Shown piece by piece: positions 29,076-33,759 of a stretch of DNA of 33,759 nucleotides. The notes under the pieces were generated by a model, which did not search any database, was not told the origin of the DNA, and saw nothing but the letters and a program-made list of their open reading frames with translations. Position numbers and translations under genes: made by a program. Position 1 is the stretch's first letter. Every line of letters begins with the position of its first letter. This stretch comes from Thermoplasmatota archaeon (GTDB lineage Archaea; Thermoplasmatota; Thermoplasmata; Thermoplasmatales; ARK-15). The stretch lies in contig JAVRLI010000003.1 in the NCBI GenBank assembly GCA_031961525.1, positions 1-33,759 on the forward strand, read 5' to 3'.

Positions 29076-29534
29076 TCACTTCAAAGGAACATATTTTGAT
29101 GATCTGGTTGCACCCACACCGGGTGCTGAGTGCTTTACCTCCCTCCTTGTGAGGGCAAATTCACCAAGATAATGACCTATCATTTCAGGTTTTATTTCAA
29201 ACTCAAGGAAATCCTTTCCATTGTGTAACTGTACCCTTTTTCCGATGAACTGCGGTAGTATTACCATATCCCTCACATGCGTTTTAACAACCTCAATTTC
29301 AGGATCCGATAGCTTTTCAAAAACTTTCAGCTGTTCACTGTTCCATCCCCTTTTAAGGGATCTCCTTACCCTTGCCGGCAGGATAGGTATAAGTTCCTCA
29401 AGTTTCATGGCTTTTAATTGGTCAATAGTATATCCTCTGTATGTGAATTCCTTTGCCCTTTCGAGCGCAAGTTTCTGTGATTTTCTCTTTTTCCTTCTCG
29501 CACTTTTTTCTGATGTTACCATACCCTTTGCCAT
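29076..29534 (-). CDS. rps19: 30S ribosomal protein S19 (uS19)
   Basis: FTYRG, KTHVRDM, EMIGHYLGEF, PGVGATRSSKYVPLK. Confidence 0.97.
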   Translation of the reverse strand: MAKGMVTSEKSARRKKRKSQKLALERAKEFTYRGYTIDQLKAMKLEELIPILPARVRRSLKRGWNSEQLKVFEKLSDPEIEVVKTHVRDMVILPQFIGKRVQLHNGKDFLEFEIKPEMIGHYLGEFALTRREVKHSAPGVGATRSSKYVPLK

Positions 29535-29541
29535 TTCACAT

Positions 29542-30240
29542 CTACCTCTTTAACCTCTTCCTCTTGGGACCAATTCTCCCAACCTTTCTTCCCGGCGGTG
29601 TGTTCTTTGAAACTGTACTGGGTCTACCAATATGCTGGTGGTTACCTCCACCATGTGGATGGTTAACAGCATTCATTGCAACACCCCTTACCGTATATGG
29701 CCTTTCAGCCCTGCTCTGCAATGCATGTATCTTGTTTCCAGATTTCAGGAAAGGTTTATCCGGTCTGCCAGAACCTGCAACAATACCCACAACAGCCCTG
29801 CACCTTGGATCAAGGTACTTGAACTGTCCAGATGGGAGCTGTACGGTTGTTTTCTCACCATGTGAAACAACAAGCGCATAGGTTCCGGCAGCCCTAACAA
29901 GCTTTCCACCATCGTATGGTTTAACCTCAATGTTGTGAATTGGTGTTCCCTCTGGTATACTTCCCAAAGGAAGAATGTTTCCCTCCTTTATGGGTGCACT
30001 TGGACCAACTTCAATTGTCTGCCCAACATAAAGACCTGCAGGAGCAAGCATATAATATTCCCTATCAAATTTAACAACCGCAACAGGTGCTGTATGGCTT
30101 GGATCGTTTATTATATCAACAACCACACCCTTTCCTTCATTTATCTTTGGATGAACAATATCTGCATTGTACCTGTGTGATGGGGCCCTGTAAACGGATG
30201 TCCCGGCCCCGCGCCTTCTTGACCTTATTCTCTTTCCCAT
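29542..30240 (-). CDS. rpl2: 50S ribosomal protein L2 (uL2)
   Basis: MGKRI, DGGKLVRAAG, VRGVAMNAVNHPHGGG, PPGRKVG. Confidence 0.97.
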   Translation of the reverse strand: MGKRIRSRRRGAGTSVYRAPSHRYNADIVHPKINEGKGVVVDIINDPSHTAPVAVVKFDREYYMLAPAGLYVGQTIEVGPSAPIKEGNILPLGSIPEGTPIHNIEVKPYDGGKLVRAAGTYALVVSHGEKTTVQLPSGQFKYLDPRCRAVVGIVAGSGRPDKPFLKSGNKIHALQSRAERPYTVRGVAMNAVNHPHGGGNHQHIGRPSTVSKNTPPGRKVGRIGPKRKRLKR

Positions 30241-30251
30241 ATTTCACCACC

Positions 30252-30509
30252 TCAGAACAGACCTATCCTTATTGCAATTTCATCCGCCCTGTATTCTGGT
30301 TTAAGTTTTACAATTGCCTTCTTTCCTTCCTTTCCAATGATCATGTTTACCCTATCAACCTTTACGTTGAAGAGTTTTTCAACAGCCCATTTCACCTGAC
30401 TTTTTGTTGCATCCATATGAACAATGAATGTTAATTTATTTTCTTTCTCAACAAGCATCATGGCCTTTTCAGATGCATATGGCTTTATTATAATATCATA
30501 CTCGTTCAT
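30252..30509 (-). CDS. rpl23: 50S ribosomal protein L23 (uL23)
   Basis: SEKAM...E.ENKLTFIV, KKAIVKL; ATG 30509 overlaps the rpl4 stop (ATGA). Confidence 0.95.
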   Translation of the reverse strand: MNEYDIIIKPYASEKAMMLVEKENKLTFIVHMDATKSQVKWAVEKLFNVKVDRVNMIIGKEGKKAIVKLKPEYRADEIAIRIGLF

Positions 30510-31270
30510 AAAGGCCACCCCTTAAGTTCCTCAAAGGCACCTAAAGAAAATACAGTTAACCTTCCAGGCGTGGCACCAGGGGCGAGTATTTCCGTGTTTA
30601 TTTCCGACGGTGTAATTATGTCAACACCTGGAAGATTTTTGAAAGATTTCATAACCTTTTCCTTGTTTTTAACTACAAGTAAAATGGATCTTGGTGTGTA
30701 ATACTTTCTTCCTCTCATTTTACCTCTTCCTGCCCTTATCTTTGTTCCTTCCTTTGCCCTATTTATGTCATCAATCAATCCAAGCTTTTCAAGAACCTCA
30801 ATTGCATTCTTCACCTTATCAACATTTTCAATTGCATCATCTACTATAACAGGCAATGTAATATCTTCCCTGAACCTGTGCCCCCTCTTCTTCACCATTT
30901 CCTTGTTTGCTGTCTGTGATAGTGCTGATAACTTAGAAAGTAACTTTTCCTTTTTGTTTATCTTTTTGAACCATATTCTGTCAGATGTTGGTGCAAAAAC
31001 GTTTCTACCACCGACCATGTTGTTCAATATTACACCCCTGTCACCATCCGGTCTCCTCGGTACCCTTGCCCTTCCATGGTTTGGTCCCCAGTTATGTCCA
31101 ACCCTCCTCATTCCCGCCAATTTATAGTGACCGTATGGTGTTCTTGAGTTTGACTGCATTGCCCTTACAACCTTTTTAATCAGGTCAGGTCTGAAGGGGA
31201 ATTCAAAAACCCTGGGCAATGTTACCTGATCCTTAACGTTACCATCAAGATCATAAACATTAACTATCAT
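30506..31270 (-). CDS. rpl4: 50S ribosomal protein L4 (uL4)
   Basis: RPDLI, GRARVPR, KINKKEK, IRAGRGKMRGR, LAPG.TPGRLT. Confidence 0.97.
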   Translation of the reverse strand: MIVNVYDLDGNVKDQVTLPRVFEFPFRPDLIKKVVRAMQSNSRTPYGHYKLAGMRRVGHNWGPNHGRARVPRRPDGDRGVILNNMVGGRNVFAPTSDRIWFKKINKKEKLLSKLSALSQTANKEMVKKRGHRFREDITLPVIVDDAIENVDKVKNAIEVLEKLGLIDDINRAKEGTKIRAGRGKMRGRKYYTPRSILLVVKNKEKVMKSFKNLPGVDIITPSEINTEILAPGATPGRLTVFSLGAFEELKGWPL

Positions 31271-31274
31271 TCAC

Positions 31275-32267
31275 TCACACCCCCTGCTTTGATGCCCTTG
31301 AAACATATGTGATCTTTATCTCCTTTTCCTCGGTAGCATATGGCCTAACAGGATCCCTGAACCTTATTATCCTCTTTGTTGGTCCTGGAATTGATCCATG
31401 AACAAGAACATATGGATTCCTGAGTTTTCCATAATGGAGAAAACCACCATCGGGTGTAATATCCTCATCCTTAACATCCACATATTTCAATATCCTTTTG
31501 TTGTATTCTGTTCTCTGCTGGAAACCCAGCTGACCGGCCATCGGAACAGTGTACATGACCCAGTTTGGATGCCATGGTCCAAGCGTACCTATCATTCTTC
31601 TATGCTTTCTATTCTTCCTTGGTAAAAGTTTTACACCAAACCTTTTAACATGACCCTGAAAACCCTTTCCCTTTGTTACAGCAACAACATCAACAAGTTT
31701 TCCTGGTTTTGTGAAATCTGTAAAGTTTAATTCCTTACCAAGTTTATCAAGGGCGTATTTTATTCTTTCCTCAATTGTTCCTCCACCAACCCTGATCTCC
31801 ATTATTTCCGGCTTTTTCTTCGGGACACCGGATACAAGTTTCGGATTTGTGTAAACAATTAACCTTACTTCATCAACAACGCTTTTATCTATAGAATCAA
31901 CCTCGATGTTTTTCTTTGGCAATGAGATCTTTCGGGAAAGTTCCTTGTCAAGGTTGTTTGTCCATATTTCCTTTTCAACCTTCAGACCGTAGGTTGTGTT
32001 TCTGTAGAATCTTACACCCATGACCTTGAGGGGTGGAACCTCAACAACGGTCACAGGTACAGCGATCTCCTGTCCTGCTGTCTCACTTTTTTTCCTGAAA
32101 TCCACCATCATTATGTGAGTCATTCCCACCTTGTATCCGGCAAAACCCTGTATTCTCGGACCATCATCTATCTCAGGCCAGCTTGAAATTTTCGGGACTA
32201 TACTGCTGGCTCTCTTCCTCGGATAATACGCCATAGACCCATGTCTCGAATGATGCGGAGTTGCCAT
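31275..32267 (-). CDS. rpl3: 50S ribosomal protein L3 (uL3)
   Basis: GSMAYYPRKRA, GYKVGMTH, TKGKGFQG, GQLGFQQRTEYNKR, GSIPGPTKR. Confidence 0.97.
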   Translation of the reverse strand: MATPHHSRHGSMAYYPRKRASSIVPKISSWPEIDDGPRIQGFAGYKVGMTHIMMVDFRKKSETAGQEIAVPVTVVEVPPLKVMGVRFYRNTTYGLKVEKEIWTNNLDKELSRKISLPKKNIEVDSIDKSVVDEVRLIVYTNPKLVSGVPKKKPEIMEIRVGGGTIEERIKYALDKLGKELNFTDFTKPGKLVDVVAVTKGKGFQGHVKRFGVKLLPRKNRKHRRMIGTLGPWHPNWVMYTVPMAGQLGFQQRTEYNKRILKYVDVKDEDITPDGGFLHYGKLRNPYVLVHGSIPGPTKRIIRFRDPVRPYATEEKEIKITYVSRASKQGV

Positions 32268-32283
32268 TTTTTCAATCCTCCAT

Positions 32284-32378
32284 TCCCACCCGTGACACCT
32301 TACCCTGGCCCAGAATCATACAATTCGGGCCCGGAGTACGGGAATCCATATGGATTATCCCAAGATGTCTGGGTGAGA
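32284..32378 (-). ncRNA. Structured 5' leader (three-way junction) of the rpl3 operon; candidate cis-regulatory r-leader
   Basis: GC-rich island that folds by hand into nested stems UCUCACCC/GGGUGGGA and GACAUCUU/AAGGUGUC enclosing two hairpins. G-U wobbles favour the minus strand. It ends 2 nt before the GGAGG SD. Confidence 0.7.
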
Positions 32379-32406
32379 GCCTAGGTAAAAACCTTAATGT
32401 GCCCCA

Positions 32407-32416
32407 ATATAAAAAA
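32407..32416 (-). promoter_or_regulatory. Putative TATA box of the ribosomal superoperon (TTTTTTATAT)
   Basis: Archaeal TATA-like box about 25-30 nt upstream of the start of the structured leader. Confidence 0.55.
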
Positions 32417-32754
32417 TTTTACCTTGTTTAATCTTTTTATGGATCCTTGGTAAGCTATTTACTTAGGGAATTTTTTTATTTTATTGTGTACTTAAATATA
32501 ACAAAAGATCACAGGAATATTAACTTATAGAACGGACAATAATTATATCTGAAAGGCTTTTTTCATGATGAGAGAAAAATTTTATAATGAAGGGAATGGG
32601 CTAAATAAAATCAATGCGTGCATTCAGAGAATCTGAATATGAAATTCAGGATAGGTATCCATAACATGTATTACAGCTTTTTATGAAGAAATAAATGTTA
32701 ATTCAAGAAAAAATAATAATATAGATTATTTTTCTTAATTTGAGAGTGCTTAAA

Positions 32755-33759
32755 ATGGAAGAATCAACAATTGAAGAAAAAAATGATAAAATATTTGTTG
32801 TGGGTATTGGTTCTCCAGCATGCGATGTTTTGAATAAACTTTGTAAATTTAAAGATCTGCCTATTGAGAGAATTGCAATGGACGATGATCCAGAAAAATT
32901 GTTAAAAACTAATTCTGATAGAAGAGTTTTTCTTGACTGGGGACCGAGGGGTATGGGTGTATGTTCAAACCCTGTTATTGGAGAGATTGCGGCAAAAAGT
33001 GCTTCTGAAAAAATTGAAAAAGTTCTTTGTGATGCTGAAACAATTATATTTGTGGATCTTCTAGGTGGAAGAATTGGTACGGGTGCCCTGCCCGTAATTG
33101 CTGAAATTGCAAGAAAAAATGGATCCAGAATAATAAGCATTCTCACGTTTCCAGCATCCTTTGAGGGAAAGATCAGGCAAAACAATGCTGTGGAAAGTAT
33201 TTTAAAAATAAGGGATCTTTCAGACATAACATTGATAATTCCACTTGATAGAATAAGTGAAATTCTTGAAGGAAAAACAGGTTTTATTGTCTTCAGGGTT
33301 GCGATAGAGCTTGTAAAAATTGTATCAAGAGAGATGATAAGGTTTCTGGCAAAAAATGAAAACATGGAAATTTTAAATAAATATTCAGGAAAAAGTGAAA
33401 TAGGAACGGTTGGGATAGGTGAAGGAGAAAATGAAAAGGAAATTAAAAAGGCGCTGGAAATGGCATTTTCATCACCCCTTATCATAATTTCATCAGGTAT
33501 TCAAAAAATTCTTTCTGAGGAAAATGTTGATTTTTTTGGAAAACATATGGTTCCGGAAAAAATTGAAACAAGGCTGGCTCTTTTATCAATTATTTCATCG
33601 CATGAAATTGATGATGAATATATGAAAAATGCTGTGGAATTTGTCAGGAAAAGAATTTCCGGGGATGCAGAATTAATTTTTTCAAAATCCATTGACGAAT
33701 CCCTTGAAAATTTCATCCAGGTCCTCTTAATATTCATTGGAATTGACCCCTCTAAAGAA
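32755..33759 (+). CDS. Divergent FtsZ/tubulin-superfamily protein (3' truncated by window; not in ORF track)
   Basis: 335 stop-free codons from ATG 32755. Manual translation shows KIFVVGIG, RGMG..SNP..GE.AA, LGGRIGTGALPVIAEIARK.G, TFPASFEG..R...A, GTVGIGEG, A.SSPL and DAELIF...IDESLE..IQV.LI..G, collinear with FtsZ. Confidence 0.85.
   Translation, partial: MEESTIEEKNDKIFVVGIGSPACDVLNKLCKFKDLPIERIAMDDDPEKLLKTNSDRRVFLDWGPRGMGVCSNPVIGEIAAKSASEKIEKVLCDAETIIFVDLLGGRIGTGALPVIAEIARKNGSRIISILTFPASFEGKIRQNNAVESILKIRDLSDITLIIPLDRISEILEGKTGFIVFRVAIELVKIVSREMIRFLAKNENMEILNKYSGKSEIGTVGIGEGENEKEIKKALEMAFSSPLIIISSGIQKILSEENVDFFGKHMVPEKIETRLALLSIISSHEIDDEYMKNAVEFVRKRISGDAELIFSKSIDESLENFIQVLLIFIGIDPSKE

Noticed and set aside
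29450-29534. Basic N-terminal extension of uS19
   Set aside because: A similar extension is familiar from Thermoplasmatales uS19.
864-31625. Numerous 60-140 aa ORFs nested in or antisense to conserved genes
   Set aside because: They lie within well-supported genes, with composition typical of shadow frames and no motifs.
32284-32378. Leader interpreted as 5S rRNA, tRNA or SRP RNA
   Set aside because: No 5S loop C/E consensus, no cloverleaf or TTCRA T-loop, and far too short for archaeal SRP RNA.
32566-32637. 23-codon ORF MMREKFYNEGNGLNKINACIQRI
   Set aside because: No RBS or recognisable motif; length expected by chance.
32420-32754. AT-rich gap as replication origin
   Set aside because: No ORB repeats or G-strings seen and no cdc6/orc1 gene nearby.
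32703-33737. Minus-strand ORFs of 260 aa (32703-33485) and 78 aa (33501-33737) in the track
   Set aside because: They are antisense shadows of the plus-strand FtsZ-like gene: Ser/Ile/Phe-rich with no motifs.
1-33759. CRISPR arrays, tRNA/rRNA genes, defence islands, prophage
   Set aside because: No regularly spaced repeats or such genes seen; almost all sequence is accounted for by housekeeping CDSs.

Overview
Gene-dense, AT-rich archaeal chromosome segment. It is most consistent with Thermoplasmata (Aciduliprofundum/Thermoplasmatales-like), inferred from the N-terminally extended SecY and uS19, the short Cbf5, and the absence of eL14/eL34 in the spc-operon tail. It opens with the right end of an IS5-family element, followed by CBS-glyS-asnB-like-hutH, an XRE regulator, zinc-ribbon proteins, rps15-GAN/RecJ, an IMPase-NAD kinase-JAB-comB operon, a Pho84-like MFS/DUF47 fusion and Lsm-rpl37e-purF. 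About 16 kb on the minus strand is the ribosomal superoperon (rpl3 ... secY-adk-EMC3-cmk-cbf5-nop5). The ORF track missed three real genes: rpl37e, rps14 and a divergent FtsZ-like gene that runs off the right edge. Best leads: (1) a GC-rich ~95-nt three-way-junction RNA directly upstream of the rpl3 Shine-Dalgarno, a candidate new archaeal ribosomal leader; (2) an FtsZ homologue with degenerate GTP-binding and T7 motifs; (3) a Pho84-type transporter fused to a PhoU-like DUF47 regulator; (4) a PurF propeptide and RBS encoded inside rpl37e. All calls come from motif recognition by eye; no searches were run.
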